A DNA stretch of 64,000 nt from Aquamicrobium sp. (GCA_039808485.1 JBDHTD010000001.1:64116-128115); one strand, 5' to 3'. Positions 23,591 to 34,233 are shown, numbered from the stretch's first letter. Notes: generated from the letters alone by a model not told the origin. Translations and numbers: made by a program.

Positions 23591-24301
23591 ATGGCCTTGA
23601 AACCTTCCTCCATCGTCATTCTCACCGGCGCGGGCATCTCGGTCGAATCGGGCATCGCCTCGTTCCGCGACCGCGACGGCATCTGGGCCAGGACCGACTG
23701 GCGCGACTACGCGACGCCGGACGCCTTCGCGCGCAACCCGTCGAAAGTGCACGATTTCTACAATCGCCGCCGCGACAGCGTCGCCGAGGCCAGGCCCAAC
23801 GCCGCGCACCGGGCGCTGGCGCGGCTGGAAAAGGCTTATTCCGGCGCGTTCACCCTGATCACCCAGAACATCGACCATCTGCATGAGATGGCCGGCTCCG
23901 AGAAGCTGATCCACATGCATGGCGACCTGTTCTCGGCGCTGTGCGAGGCGTGCCACCAGCGCTCGCGCTGGCATGGCGACATGACGACCTCCTCGCAATG
24001 CCCGGCCTGCTCGACCATCGGCCGGTTGCGGCCGGACGTGGTGTGGTTCGGCGAGATGCCCTATCACATGGACCGCATCTATCGCGCGCTGGGCGAGGCC
24101 GAGCTGTTCGTCTCGATCGGCACGTCGGGCCATGTCTATCCGGCCGCCGATTTCGTCGAGGAGGCGAAGCACGCCGGCGCGCGCACCATCGAACTGAACC
24201 TCGAGCCGTCGGAAACCGCCTCGTCCTTCGACGAGCTGGTGCAGGGGCGGGCGAGCGAGACCGTCCCGGCCTTCGTCGAGGGGCTCTTGGCGACAGTGTA
24301 G
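23591..24301 (+). CDS. cobB: NAD-dependent protein deacylase (sirtuin, CobB)
   Basis: LTGAGISVESG, PNAAH, ITQNIDHLHE, HMHG, two CxxC zinc motifs, RPDVVWFGE, IGTSG. Confidence 0.93.
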   Translation: MALKPSSIVILTGAGISVESGIASFRDRDGIWARTDWRDYATPDAFARNPSKVHDFYNRRRDSVAEARPNAAHRALARLEKAYSGAFTLITQNIDHLHEMAGSEKLIHMHGDLFSALCEACHQRSRWHGDMTTSSQCPACSTIGRLRPDVVWFGEMPYHMDRIYRALGEAELFVSIGTSGHVYPAADFVEEAKHAGARTIELNLEPSETASSFDELVQGRASETVPAFVEGLLATV

Positions 24302-24340
24302 TTCGCGGAAACACCGCTTCGCACCTTTCCTGGAATTGCC

Positions 24341-25597
24341 CTAACGCCGCTTCTTCGGCTTCTCCAAGAGCGCCACCGCCTCGAGATGCGGCGACCACAG
24401 GAACTGGTCGACCGGCACCACCCGCTTCAGTTCGTAGCCGCCGGCGATCAGGATCGAAAGATCGCGCGCCAGCGTCAGCGGGTTGCACGACACCGCCGCC
24501 ACCAGCCGCACCTGCGAACGGGCGATCTGCGCGGCCTGCGCCTCGGCCCCGGCGCGCGGCGGATCGAACACCAGCCCGTCATATCCGGCGTCCAGCTCCT
24601 TGAAGGTCAGCGGGCGCACGTAAAGGTCGCGCTTTTCCACCGTCACCTTCTTCAACCCCGCGCCGAAGCGGAAGGCGCGGTCGAGCGCGGCGAGCGCCGG
24701 CGCGTCGCCCTCCACTGCATGGACCTCGCTGGCGCGCGCCAGCCGCAGCGCGAAGGCGCCGACGCCGGCGAACAGGTCGGCCACACGCTTCGCCCTGGCG
24801 AGATGTTCCGAGACGATGCCGGCCATCGCCGCCTCCGCGCCCTCGACCGCCTGAAGGAAGCTGCCCGGCGGCGGCGCGACGGCCACCCCGCCGACCAGGA
24901 TCGCCGGCTTCTTCGGCTCGATGACGATCTCGCCGTCGACGGTCAGCCGGGCGATGCCGCCGGCGATGCAAAAGTCGATCGCCGCCTGCCGCGGCTTGCC
25001 CTCCAGCCGGCCGCTGCCTTGCGCCGCGACGTCGAGGCCGGAATCGGTCTGCGTGACGGCGAGGCGGAAGGCGTCGTCGGTGCGGGCGATCAACCGCGCC
25101 AGCCGGCGCAGAAGCGGCAGCACCGCGACCAGTTGCGGCAGCAGCACCGGGCATTCCTCGATATCGACGATGCGATGCGACAGCGCCGCATTGAAGCCGA
25201 GAAGGACGCCGCCTTCGCCGCGCTTCGCCGTCAGCGCGGCACGGCGTCGCGCATGCGGCGGGAACGAGACGAGCGACTCGACCTCGATGCCGATGCCTTT
25301 CGCCCGCAGCGCCTCGACCAGCAGGCCGCGCTTCCAGCCGCGATAGGCGCTCTCTTCCAGATGCTGCATGGCGCAGCCGCCGCAGCGGGTGAAATGGCGG
25401 CAAGCCGGCGTGACGCGCTGGGGCGAGGCTTCGAGCACCGAGACCAGATCGGCCTTCCTGGCCCCCCGCGCGACCCCCCGCGCGACATTGACCTTCTCGC
25501 CCGGCAGCGCGAACGGCACGAACACCGGCCCGTCCGGCGTGTCGGCGACGCCGTCGCCCTGCGCGCCCAGCCGCGCGATGGTCAGGATCGCGTTCAT
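24341..25597 (-). CDS. TrmA/RlmD-family class I SAM RNA methyltransferase
   Basis: CRHFTRCGGC Fe-S motif, FLQA, DLFAGVG, DPPRAG, VSCNP. Confidence 0.9.
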   Translation of the reverse strand: MNAILTIARLGAQGDGVADTPDGPVFVPFALPGEKVNVARGVARGARKADLVSVLEASPQRVTPACRHFTRCGGCAMQHLEESAYRGWKRGLLVEALRAKGIGIEVESLVSFPPHARRRAALTAKRGEGGVLLGFNAALSHRIVDIEECPVLLPQLVAVLPLLRRLARLIARTDDAFRLAVTQTDSGLDVAAQGSGRLEGKPRQAAIDFCIAGGIARLTVDGEIVIEPKKPAILVGGVAVAPPPGSFLQAVEGAEAAMAGIVSEHLARAKRVADLFAGVGAFALRLARASEVHAVEGDAPALAALDRAFRFGAGLKKVTVEKRDLYVRPLTFKELDAGYDGLVFDPPRAGAEAQAAQIARSQVRLVAAVSCNPLTLARDLSILIAGGYELKRVVPVDQFLWSPHLEAVALLEKPKKRR

Positions 25598-26385
25598 TCG
25601 TCCCCTTCCCTACGGTCCTTGATTCCTCCGAGCAGGAATTCGCGGTTGCCGTCGCCGCCCTCGATCGGCGACGGCGCGAGCCCGAGGCTGCGCCAGCCGG
25701 GCTGCGCGTCGAGCCAGCGGGAAAGCTCGGCGGCGACGCGCTCGCCGGCGGCCGGATCGCGCAGCAGCCCGCCCTTGCCGACGCCTTCGCGGCCGACCTC
25801 GAACTGCGGCTTGACCAGCAGCACGCAGCGCGCGCCGGGTGCCGCGAGGCCGAGCGCCGGCGGCAGCGCCAGCTTCAGCGAGATGAAGCTGACATCGGAA
25901 ACGACGAAGTCCGGCCGCCTCCCGCCGAGGTGGCCGCCGAGATGGTCCGCCGTCAGGTCGCGGGCGTTCAGCTTTTCGAGCGAGGTGACGCGGCTGTCGG
26001 CGGCAAGGACGGGGTCGAGCTGGCCGTGGCCGACATCGAGCGCGACGACATGGGCAGCATTCCGCTCCAGCAGGACCTGGGTGAAGCCGCCGGTCGAGGC
26101 CCCGACATCGAGCGCGAACGCGCCGGCGGGATCGAGGCCGAAGGCGTCCAGCCCCGCGATCAGCTTCAACGCCGCGCGCGAGACGTAGGCCCGCGCCGGG
26201 TCGTCGATGGCGAGCGCGGCGTCCGGCGCGGCCGGCTGGCCGGGCTTGGTCGCGGCGCGGCCGTCGACGCGCACCGCGCCGCGCGCGATCGCGTCGCGGG
26301 CGCGCGAGCGGGTCGAAAACAGCCCGCGCCGGACGAGAAGCTCGTCCAAGCGCAGTTTTCCGGTCGAAGACGCCTGCCTGTCCAT
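25594..26385 (-). CDS. tlyA: TlyA family rRNA methyltransferase
   Basis: S4 domain (RLDELLV), YVSRAALKL, DVGASTGGFT, DVSFISL, LVKPQFE, GNREFL. Confidence 0.92.
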   Translation of the reverse strand: MDRQASSTGKLRLDELLVRRGLFSTRSRARDAIARGAVRVDGRAATKPGQPAAPDAALAIDDPARAYVSRAALKLIAGLDAFGLDPAGAFALDVGASTGGFTQVLLERNAAHVVALDVGHGQLDPVLAADSRVTSLEKLNARDLTADHLGGHLGGRRPDFVVSDVSFISLKLALPPALGLAAPGARCVLLVKPQFEVGREGVGKGGLLRDPAAGERVAAELSRWLDAQPGWRSLGLAPSPIEGGDGNREFLLGGIKDRREGDE

Positions 26386-26441
26386 CGCCCCTCAGTGCGG
26401 CATGCGCGCGCCCAAGGCAAGCGCCGCGATCGGGCCAGGCC

Positions 26442-26732
26442 CTACAATTCGGGAGAGACGTCCGACCGGCGCTCGACCGCGATGGCGAGGCCGTCGCGCC
26501 ATTCGCCCGGCTGCGGGGCAGGAAGCGCCTTCGACGCGGGAGCCACCTCGGGCGCGACATCGACCAGCACCGGGCGCTCGTCGGGGGCGAAGCCGGTCCG
26601 CAGCGCGCCCATCCTGGCCGCGACGATCCCGGCGGCGGCCTCGTCGAGCTTGCGGTCGTATCTCTCGTCGGCCACGGCGCCGCCGGCCGCCACAATCGCG
26701 GCCGCCAGCACGGCCAGCGCTCTGGTGCGCAT
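26442..26732 (-). CDS. Small exported hypothetical protein
   Basis: 96 aa with signal-peptide-like N-terminus (MRTRALAVLAAAIVAAGGAVA). Fills the dxs-tlyA gap. Confidence 0.6.
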   Translation of the reverse strand: MRTRALAVLAAAIVAAGGAVADERYDRKLDEAAAGIVAARMGALRTGFAPDERPVLVDVAPEVAPASKALPAPQPGEWRDGLAIAVERRSDVSPEL

Positions 26733-26802
26733 TGCCCCTGCTCCATCTCCCTGCACGAAGGGAGATAGCAAAGCCGGGCTAAGGAAGCCCCAAGCGGAAG
26801 GG

Positions 26803-26817
26803 TTAAGAAACGGTTAG
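26803..26817. promoter_or_regulatory. CtrA-like box overlapping the dxs stop codon
   Basis: TTAA-GAAACGG-TTAG on the plus strand, which reads CTAA-CCGTTTC-TTAAC(C) on the minus strand. Confidence 0.55.
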
Positions 26818-28727
26818 GCCGTGGCCGCCGCGGCGCGGCGGCCCAGCGCGGCGAACACGGCGCGGACGATGCCGGCGCGGTCGAGGCCGGCGGCGGCATA
26901 CATCCCTTCCTGCTTGCCGTGGTCGGTGAACGCGTCGGGCAGCACCAGCGGGCGCACCTTCAAGCCGCCTTCCAGCAGCCCTTCATGGGCGAGGAAATGC
27001 AGCACGTGGGCAGCGAAGCCGCCGATCGAACCTTCCTCGACCGTCACCAGAACTTCATGGTCGCGGGCGAGCCGGCGCACGAGGTCGGCGTCGAGCGGCT
27101 TGGCGAAGCGGGCGTCGGCCACCGTGGTCGAAAGGCCGGCGGCGTCGAGTTCCTCCGCCGCTGCCAGGCAGTCGGCAAGGCGGGTGCCGAGCGACAGCAG
27201 CGCCACCTTGGTGCCTTCCCTGACGATGCGGCCCCTGCCGATGGCGAGCGGCTGGCCGCGCTCCGGCATCTCGACGCCGACGCCGTTGCCGCGCGGGTAG
27301 CGGAAGGCGATCGGGCCGTCGTCATAGTCGGCGGCGGTGCGCACCATGTGGCGCAGCTCCGCCTCGTCGGCGGCCGCCATGACGACGAAATCCGGCACGG
27401 AGGCGAGATAGGCGACGTCGAACGCGCCGCAATGGGTGGCCCCGTCGGCCCCGACATAGCCGGCGCGGTCGATGGGGAAGCGGACGGGGAGCTTCTGGAT
27501 CGCCACGTCGTGGACGACCTGGTCGTAAGCGCGTTGCAGGAATGTCGAATAGATCGCCGCGAACGGCTTCATGCCTTCGGCCGCCAGCCCGGCCGCGAAG
27601 GTGACGGCATGCTGCTCGGCGATGCCGACGTCGAAGACGCGGGCGGGGAACGCCTCGCCGAACAGGTCGAGGCCGGTGCCGGATGGCATGGCGGCGGTGA
27701 CGGCGACGACGCGCTCGTCTTCCCGCGCCTCGCGGGCCAGGCTTTCGGCGAAGACGCGGGTGTAGCTCGGCGCGTTGGCCGGGGCCTTGGCCTGCGCGCC
27801 GCTGACGACGTCGAAGCGGTTGACGCCATGATACTTGTCGGCGGCGGCCTCGGCGGGCGCGTAGCCCTTGCCCTTCTGGGTCACGACATGGATCAGCACC
27901 GGGCCGTCGCCATTGTCGCGGACGTTGCGCAGCAGCGGCACCAGATGCGCGAGGCTGTGGCCGTCGATCGGGCCGATGTGGAAGAAGCCCAGCTCCTCGA
28001 ACAGCGTGCCGCCGGTGACGTAGCCGCGCGCATGCTCGACGGCGCGGGTGACGGCGCGGTCGACCCGGCGGCCGAGATAGGAGGTCAGCTTCTTGCCGAG
28101 GTCGCGGATTTCCTGATAGGCGCGGCCGGTGCCGAGACGGGCGAGATAGTGGCTCAAGGCCCCGGTCGGCGGCGCGATCGACATGTCGTTGTCGTTCAGG
28201 ATGACGATCAGGCGCGCGTCGAGCGCGCCGGCATTGTTCAGCGCCTCGAAGGCCATGCCGGCCGACATCGCGCCGTCGCCGATCACGGCGACGACGTTGT
28301 TCCTGCCGCCCTTGAGGTCGCGGGCCACCGCCATGCCGAGCCCGGCCGAGATCGAGGTCGAGGAATGGCCGGCGCCGAAGGCGTCGTATTCGCTCTCGCC
28401 GCGCTTGGTGAAGCCGGAAAGCCCGCCCTCCTGCCTGAGCGTGCGGATGCGGTCGCGGCGGCCGGTCAGGATCTTGTGCGGATAGGCCTGGTGGCCGACA
28501 TCCCAGATCAGCCGGTCCGCGGGCGTGTCGAAGACGTAATGCAGCGCCACCGTCAGCTCGACCACGCCGAGGCCGGCGCCGAGATGGCCGCCGGTCTGCG
28601 AGACGGCGTCGATCATCTCCGCGCGCAGCTCGGCGGCAAGCTGCGGCAGCTCGCTTTCGGCAAGGCCGCGCAGGTCGGCCGGGATGCGCACCTTGTCGAG
28701 GAGCGGCGTGTGCGGACGTGGGTTCAA
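26814..28727 (-). CDS. dxs: 1-deoxy-D-xylulose-5-phosphate synthase
   Basis: [55 protein letters not shown]. Confidence 0.97.
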   Translation of the reverse strand: MNPRPHTPLLDKVRIPADLRGLAESELPQLAAELRAEMIDAVSQTGGHLGAGLGVVELTVALHYVFDTPADRLIWDVGHQAYPHKILTGRRDRIRTLRQEGGLSGFTKRGESEYDAFGAGHSSTSISAGLGMAVARDLKGGRNNVVAVIGDGAMSAGMAFEALNNAGALDARLIVILNDNDMSIAPPTGALSHYLARLGTGRAYQEIRDLGKKLTSYLGRRVDRAVTRAVEHARGYVTGGTLFEELGFFHIGPIDGHSLAHLVPLLRNVRDNGDGPVLIHVVTQKGKGYAPAEAAADKYHGVNRFDVVSGAQAKAPANAPSYTRVFAESLAREAREDERVVAVTAAMPSGTGLDLFGEAFPARVFDVGIAEQHAVTFAAGLAAEGMKPFAAIYSTFLQRAYDQVVHDVAIQKLPVRFPIDRAGYVGADGATHCGAFDVAYLASVPDFVVMAAADEAELRHMVRTAADYDDGPIAFRYPRGNGVGVEMPERGQPLAIGRGRIVREGTKVALLSLGTRLADCLAAAEELDAAGLSTTVADARFAKPLDADLVRRLARDHEVLVTVEEGSIGGFAAHVLHFLAHEGLLEGGLKVRPLVLPDAFTDHGKQEGMYAAAGLDRAGIVRAVFAALGRRAAAATA

Positions 28728-28811
28728 GGCCTTCCCGCCTGTTCCTGATCGTTGCGCTTCGGTGTCCGGGATTAAGCCGTCAGGCCGGGAAAGTAAATGC
28801 GACGGGGCGGC

Positions 28812-29732
28812 TCAGCCGGCCGGCAGCGGCACGAACTCCTCCTCGTCGCCGGGCACGATGTCGAAGCGGCCGGTGCGCCATTCCTCCTTGGCATGCTCGA
28901 TCCGCTCCTTCGAGGAGGAGACGAAGTTCCACCAGATGTAGCGCTTCGAGCCGAGCGAATCGCCGCCGAACAGCATCAGATGCGCGCCGCGCTCCGAGGA
29001 GACCACGATCTCCGCGCCGGGCTTGAAGGCGATCAGCCGGTCGGCGGGGAAGCGGTCGCCGGCGATCTCGACATCGCCATCGAGCACGTAGATCGCGCGT
29101 TCCTCGGCCTCGGCCGGGATTTGCAGACGAGCACGCGGCGCGATCGTCAGGTCGGCGTAGAGCGTGCGCGAGGCGGTGGCGACCGGCGAGGCCCAGCCGT
29201 GGAACGAACCGATGATGACCCGGCCGGAAACGCCCTCGGCATCGACCACGGGCAGGTCGGCGCGGGACGTGTTCTCGAAGGCGGGCGCGATTTCCTCCTT
29301 CTCGTCGGGAAGCGCGAGCCAGGTCTGGAGGCCGGAGATCGCCAGCGGCCCGCCGCGCAGCTCCTCCGGCGAGCGCTCGGAATGGACGATGCCGCGCCCG
29401 GCGGTCATCAGGTTCACATCGCCCGGCTCGATCACCATCTCGGTGCCGAGCGAATCGCGGTGCCGGATCCGGCCGTCGAACAGGTAGGTGACGGTGGAGA
29501 GGCCGATATGCGGATGCGGGCGCACGTCGAGCGCCTGGCCGCCACGCAGGATCGCCGGCCCCATCCGGTCGAAGAAGATGAACGGCCCGACCAGCCTGCG
29601 CCTTGCCGTCGGCAGCGCGCGGCGGACGGCAAAGCCGTCGATGTCGCGGGCGTTGGGGACGATCAGCGTCTCGATCAGATCGCAGGCAAAGGCATCGCCG
29701 GGGCGCGGGTCGTTGCCGGGGAAGAAGCTCAT
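28812..29732 (-). CDS. Pirin family protein
   Basis: VGPFIFFD, HPHIGLSTVTY, HRDS, MTAGRGIVHSE, GLQTW. Confidence 0.93.
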   Translation of the reverse strand: MSFFPGNDPRPGDAFACDLIETLIVPNARDIDGFAVRRALPTARRRLVGPFIFFDRMGPAILRGGQALDVRPHPHIGLSTVTYLFDGRIRHRDSLGTEMVIEPGDVNLMTAGRGIVHSERSPEELRGGPLAISGLQTWLALPDEKEEIAPAFENTSRADLPVVDAEGVSGRVIIGSFHGWASPVATASRTLYADLTIAPRARLQIPAEAEERAIYVLDGDVEIAGDRFPADRLIAFKPGAEIVVSSERGAHLMLFGGDSLGSKRYIWWNFVSSSKERIEHAKEEWRTGRFDIVPGDEEEFVPLPAG

Positions 29733-29852
29733 GGGCAAATCTCCATGATGGGTCGGATTCCGTGAGCCCCGAGACTATCCCGCTTTGCGCGCAGATGCAG
29801 CCTTGCCGCGCGGCACGCAGCGTTCACTCCGCGGCATGGAGCCGAGGCCCGC

Positions 29853-30107
29853 TCAATCGGGATCGAGCGGCTCGGTGCCGGCGGGCCTGCCGTCGCGCGA
29901 GAGGCGGATCTTTTCCACCTTGTCCTCGGCCGCCTTCAAGAGCTTGCCGCAATGCTCCTTCAGCGCCTCGCCGCGCTCGTAGATGCGGATCGACTGCTCG
30001 AGCGGCACGTCGCCGCGCTCGAGGTCGTCGACGATCCGCTCCAGCGCCTCCAGCGCCTGCTCGAAGCTCATCGCCTTGATGTCGTCGTTCGATGCTTGCG
30101 AGGACAT
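29853..30107 (-). CDS. xseB: Exodeoxyribonuclease VII small subunit
   Basis: [37 protein letters not shown]. Start ATG 30107. Confidence 0.94.
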   Translation of the reverse strand: MSSQASNDDIKAMSFEQALEALERIVDDLERGDVPLEQSIRIYERGEALKEHCGKLLKAAEDKVEKIRLSRDGRPAGTEPLDPD

Positions 30108-30112
30108 TTCGT

Positions 30113-31042
30113 TTATCCATTCATCAGGCGGCGGACATGGGCGGCGACCGAGAAGGCCAGACCGTGCAGGTCGTAGCCGCCTTCGAGCAGGCTGACCAGC
30201 CGGTTCGAGGACCATTTGCCGGCGCTGTCCATCAGCTTGCCGGTCGCCCAGTCGAAATCCTCCTCCGTCAGGTTCAGCTCGGCCAGCGGATCGCGATGGT
30301 GGGCATCGAAGCCGGCCGAGACGATGACGAGGTCGGGCCGGAACGCGTCGAGCGCGGTCAGGATGCGCGAGGAGAACGCCTCGCGGAACTGCGCCCCGCC
30401 GTCATTGGCGGCGAGCGGCGCGTTGACGATGTTGTTGGCCGTGCCGGTCTCGTCCTTGGCGCCGGTGCCGGGATAGAGCGGCATCTGGTGGGTCGAGCAG
30501 TAGAGCACCGACGGATCGTCCCACAGGATGTCCTGGGTGCCGTTGCCGTGATGCACGTCCCAGTCGACGATGGCGACGCGCTCGGCGCCGTGCTTCCTCT
30601 GCGCGTGGCGGGCGGCGATGGCCGCGTTGTTGAAGAAGCAGAAGCCCATCGCCGTCGTCTTCTCGGCGTGGTGGCCGGGCGGGCGCGAGGCGACGAAGAC
30701 GTTGTCGGCCGCGCCGGAGAAGACGTCGTCCACCGCCGCGTTGGCCGCGCCGATGGCGGTCAGCGCCGCCTGCCAGCTCATCGGGCTCGCCGTGGTGTCG
30801 GCGTCGACCCGCGCCAGCCCCTCGTGCGGGATGCACTGGCGCACGCGCTCGCGGTGCTCTTCCGGGTGGGCGTAGAGGATGGCGGCCTCGTCGCCTTCAG
30901 GGGCTTCGCGGCGGTCGAGATACTGGAACGCCTCGTCCTCCAGCACGCGTTCGATGGCGCGCAACCGGTCGGGACGCTCCGGATGGCCGGCGGGCGTCAG
31001 ATGTTCGAGATAGATCGAATGGGAATAGAGCCGTGTGGTCAT
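30113..31042 (-). CDS. Histone deacetylase family (Zn-dependent) amidohydrolase
   Basis: [42 protein letters not shown]. Confidence 0.93.
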   Translation of the reverse strand: MTTRLYSHSIYLEHLTPAGHPERPDRLRAIERVLEDEAFQYLDRREAPEGDEAAILYAHPEEHRERVRQCIPHEGLARVDADTTASPMSWQAALTAIGAANAAVDDVFSGAADNVFVASRPPGHHAEKTTAMGFCFFNNAAIAARHAQRKHGAERVAIVDWDVHHGNGTQDILWDDPSVLYCSTHQMPLYPGTGAKDETGTANNIVNAPLAANDGGAQFREAFSSRILTALDAFRPDLVIVSAGFDAHHRDPLAELNLTEEDFDWATGKLMDSAGKWSSNRLVSLLEGGYDLHGLAFSVAAHVRRLMNG

Positions 31043-31129
31043 GTCGCGATATTGGCCCTTTCCCGTGGCTTCGCCAAGCCGCTTCGCCGAGGAGACCGGC
31101 TGTCCGGCAACGGCGAATTGTCCGCCGCC

Positions 31130-32230
31130 TCAGATCAGGTCGGTCGAGACGATCTCGATGCCGAAGCCCTCCAGCCCGACATAGTGCTTCTCGCGCGAGG
31201 CGATCAGCTGGATCGACGAAATGCCGAGGTCGCGCAGGATCTGCGCGCCGAGGCCGATCTCGCGCCATTCGCTTTCGCGCCTGAGCGCCTCCTCATGCGC
31301 CTCGTCGCCGAGCGCCGGGCGCTGGCGGCCGGCGCCCTGACCGACGCCGACCGAACCCTCGCGCAGGTAGACGATGACGCCGCGCTGCTTCTCGGCCATG
31401 CGGCGCATGATTGTGTCGAGGCGGCTGTCGGGGCCGAACACGTCGGAGACCACGTCCTCCGGATGCAGGCGCACCGGCACCTCGACGCCGTCGCGGATGT
31501 CGCCGAAGACGACGACGAAATGGTGCATCGCGTCCCATGGCAGGCGATAGGTGTAGGCCTTGGCCGGCCCGGCCGCGGTCTCGATGTCGGAGCAGGCGAT
31601 GCGCTGGATCAGCGTTTCCTGGCGCTGGCGGTAGGCGATCAGGTCGGCGACCGAGACCTGGCGCAGCCCGTGCGTCTCGGCGAAGGACCGCACCTGCGGC
31701 CCGCGCATCACCGTGCCGTCGTCGTTGACCAGCTCGCAGATGACGCCGACCGGCGGCAGGCCGGCAAGCTTGCACAGGTCGACCGCGGCTTCGGTGTGGC
31801 CGGAGCGCATCAGCACCCCGCCCTCGCGCGCCACCAGCGGGAAGACGTGGCCGGGGCGGACGAAATCGGACGGCCCGACATTGCCGTTGGCGAGGTTGCG
31901 CGCGGTCAGCGTGCGGTCCTCGGCCGAGATGCCGGTGGTGGTGCCGTGCTTGAAATCGACCGAGACGGTGAAGGCCGTCGAATGCGGCGCGTCGTTGTCG
32001 GCCACCATCGGCGAAAGGTTCAGGCGCCTGGCCTCCTCCCGCGTCATCGGCGCGCAGACGATGCCGGAGGTGTGGCGGACGATGAACGCCATCTTCTCCG
32101 GCGTGCAATGGACGGCGGCGACGATCAGGTCGCCCTCGTTCTCGCGCCCGTCGTCGTCCATGACGACGACGATCTCGCCGCGCTCGAAGGCGCGCAACGC
32201 CTCGACAATCTTCTTCTGGTCGTATGCCAC
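31130..32230 (-). CDS. ribB: 3,4-dihydroxy-2-butanone-4-phosphate synthase fused to a degenerate GTP cyclohydrolase II-like domain (RibBX-like)
   Basis: DDDGRENEGD, TTGISAEDR, RPGHVFPL, RSGHTEA. The C-terminal domain lacks the zinc-binding cysteines. Confidence 0.9.
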   Translation of the reverse strand: MAYDQKKIVEALRAFERGEIVVVMDDDGRENEGDLIVAAVHCTPEKMAFIVRHTSGIVCAPMTREEARRLNLSPMVADNDAPHSTAFTVSVDFKHGTTTGISAEDRTLTARNLANGNVGPSDFVRPGHVFPLVAREGGVLMRSGHTEAAVDLCKLAGLPPVGVICELVNDDGTVMRGPQVRSFAETHGLRQVSVADLIAYRQRQETLIQRIACSDIETAAGPAKAYTYRLPWDAMHHFVVVFGDIRDGVEVPVRLHPEDVVSDVFGPDSRLDTIMRRMAEKQRGVIVYLREGSVGVGQGAGRQRPALGDEAHEEALRRESEWREIGLGAQILRDLGISSIQLIASREKHYVGLEGFGIEIVSTDLI

Positions 32231-32257
32231 CCGAAAAGCTCCGCTTTGAATATGTCG

Positions 32258-33361
32258 TCAGGCAACGCGGCCGGTCTGGCCGCGATGCCGCAGATAATGG
32301 TCGGCGATGGCGCAGGCAACCATGGCCTCGCCCACCGGCACGGCGCGGATGCCGACGCAGGGGTCGTGGCGGCCGACGGTGCGGATGTCGACCTCGTTGC
32401 CGTCGCGGTCGATGGAGCGGCGTGGCGTCAGGATCGACGAGGTCGGCTTGACCGCGAAGCGCGCCACCACCGGCTGGCCGGTCGAGATGCCGCCGAGGAT
32501 GCCGCCGGCATGGTTGGACAGGAAAACCGGCCGGCCGTCATTGCCCATCCGCATCTCGTCGGCATTGTCCTCGCCGCGCATGCGCGCGGTCTCGAAGCCG
32601 TCGCCGATCTCGATGCCCTTGACCGCGTTGATCGACATCAGGTTCGCGGCGATGTCCTGGTCGAGCTTGCCGTAGACCGGCGCGCCGAGGCCGGCGGGCA
32701 CGCCTTCCGCCACGATCTCGACCAGCGCGCCGACGGACGAGCCCTGCTTGCGCACCGCGTCGAGATAATCGGAGAAGATTTCCACCGAGGCCGGGTCCGG
32801 GGTGAAGAACGGATTTTCCGCGTCCTCGACAAAACCCCAGTTCCAGTTGGCGCGGTCGATCCGCTTGTCGCCGACGGCGACGAGCGCGCCGCGCACCACG
32901 AGGCCGGGCACGACCTTGCGCGCCAGCGCGCCGGCGGCGACGCGCGCCGCCGTCTCGCGCGCCGAGGAGCGGCCCCCGCCGCGATGGTCGCGCAGGCCGT
33001 ACTTGACCTCATAGGCGTAGTCGGCGTGGCCGGGGCGGTACTGGCGCGCGATCTCGCCATAATCCTTCGAGCGCTGGTCGGTGTTCTCGATCAGCATCGA
33101 GACGGGCGTTCCGGTCGTCACCAGCGTGACGCCGTCGTCTTCCGTGACGAAGCCCGACAGCACCTTGACCGCGTCGGGCTCGCGGCGCTGGGTGACGAAG
33201 CGCGATTGGCCGGGCCGGCGGCGGTCGAGCTCGGTCTGGATGTCGGCGACGGTGAAGCGGATGCCGGGCGGGCAGCCGTCGACCACGCAGCCGAGCGCGG
33301 CCCCGTGGCTCTCGCCCCAGGTAGTGACACGGAAAAGATGACCGAAGCTGTTGTGCGACAT
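32258..33361 (-). CDS. aroC: Chorismate synthase
   Basis: [42 protein letters not shown]. Confidence 0.97.
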   Translation of the reverse strand: MSHNSFGHLFRVTTWGESHGAALGCVVDGCPPGIRFTVADIQTELDRRRPGQSRFVTQRREPDAVKVLSGFVTEDDGVTLVTTGTPVSMLIENTDQRSKDYGEIARQYRPGHADYAYEVKYGLRDHRGGGRSSARETAARVAAGALARKVVPGLVVRGALVAVGDKRIDRANWNWGFVEDAENPFFTPDPASVEIFSDYLDAVRKQGSSVGALVEIVAEGVPAGLGAPVYGKLDQDIAANLMSINAVKGIEIGDGFETARMRGEDNADEMRMGNDGRPVFLSNHAGGILGGISTGQPVVARFAVKPTSSILTPRRSIDRDGNEVDIRTVGRHDPCVGIRAVPVGEAMVACAIADHYLRHRGQTGRVA

Positions 33362-33516
33362 GGCGTCTGGCCCGAGGACTGCGTCTGGCATGCTTCTATT
33401 GGCCTTTGGCGAGAGCGTCAAACATGACGGACCAGCGCGCCCCGGCGCGAGGACGGGCGGTTGCCCGGGAGCGGGATATACGTCTACTGTGCCGGCGCGT
33501 TTCAAAGGGGGGGCGA

Positions 33517-34233
33517 ATGCAGTTTCTCAAGAAGCCTGTCTTTCTGATCACCGTCGGGATCACCGTCCTGCTTCTATCTGTGTTCGGGAGCCTTTATTTC
33601 AGCGGGATCGTGCGCCAGATCGCACTGGGCAGGCTCGACTGGACGGGCGTCGGCTCGCTCGCCGCCGTCGTCACGATCTTCATCAACCTCTTCCTTCTGG
33701 CATCCGTGGTCATCGGCTTCCAGAACATCCAGGAAGGCCAGAACAGCCGCACGGCCGAGCTGCTGCGCTGGGCGATGGAACAGATGGACAAGGTGAAGGA
33801 GGACGAGCGGAAGCTGCGCGACCTCGCCCACAGGCCCTATGCCTCATGGCGCGACGACAAGGAGGCGCTGAAATCGGCGCAGGCCGTCAGCAACGCCTAT
33901 TCGCGCATGGCCTATTTCGCCAACAGGGGCCTGATCGACATCGCCCACTTCAAGACCCTGTGGGGCGTGAACATCTGCATTTTCTGGCTTATCCTTGAGG
34001 AACACGTCAGGTCGGAACGGGAGAAATTCTCGGACAGGACGACGCCGGACGACGGCGCGATCATACGCGCCGATTTCAACAGGCTGGCCGAGACGCTCAT
34101 CAGGGAATTCGACCGCGCCAACCCCAAGCTGCTCAATTCCTATCTCGCCAGTTTCGGGTGCACGCGGGACGCGAAACGCGGATTCCGCCTCGCGCCCCTG
34201 CCGGAGACGCCCGACGGCGGCCAGGCCGTCTGA
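33517..34233 (+). CDS. Hypothetical membrane protein, DUF4760-like
   Basis: Two N-terminal hydrophobic segments, then a helical domain ([16 protein letters not shown]...W...ER...DFNRLAE) resembling DUF4760. AT-richer than neighbours. The family call is from memory and was not searched. Confidence 0.7.
   Translation: MQFLKKPVFLITVGITVLLLSVFGSLYFSGIVRQIALGRLDWTGVGSLAAVVTIFINLFLLASVVIGFQNIQEGQNSRTAELLRWAMEQMDKVKEDERKLRDLAHRPYASWRDDKEALKSAQAVSNAYSRMAYFANRGLIDIAHFKTLWGVNICIFWLILEEHVRSEREKFSDRTTPDDGAIIRADFNRLAETLIREFDRANPKLLNSYLASFGCTRDAKRGFRLAPLPETPDGGQAV

Noticed and set aside
32230-32258. FMN riboswitch expected upstream of ribB
   Set aside because: Only 27 nt separate aroC and ribB, and no RFN motifs are present.
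30092-33427. 1111-aa plus-strand ORF. Similar long ORFs occur at 47823-51149, 51203-54169, 17869-20232, 45417-47753 and 39181-41418.
   Set aside because: They are antisense shadow frames of well-supported genes. High GC and codon bias deplete stops. The translations are R/G/A/V-rich with no motifs.
33507-33513. G7 run as a phase-variation switch for the DUF4760-like gene
   Set aside because: It lies outside the CDS, so it cannot shift the frame, and seven bases is short for high-frequency slippage. It is noted only as context.
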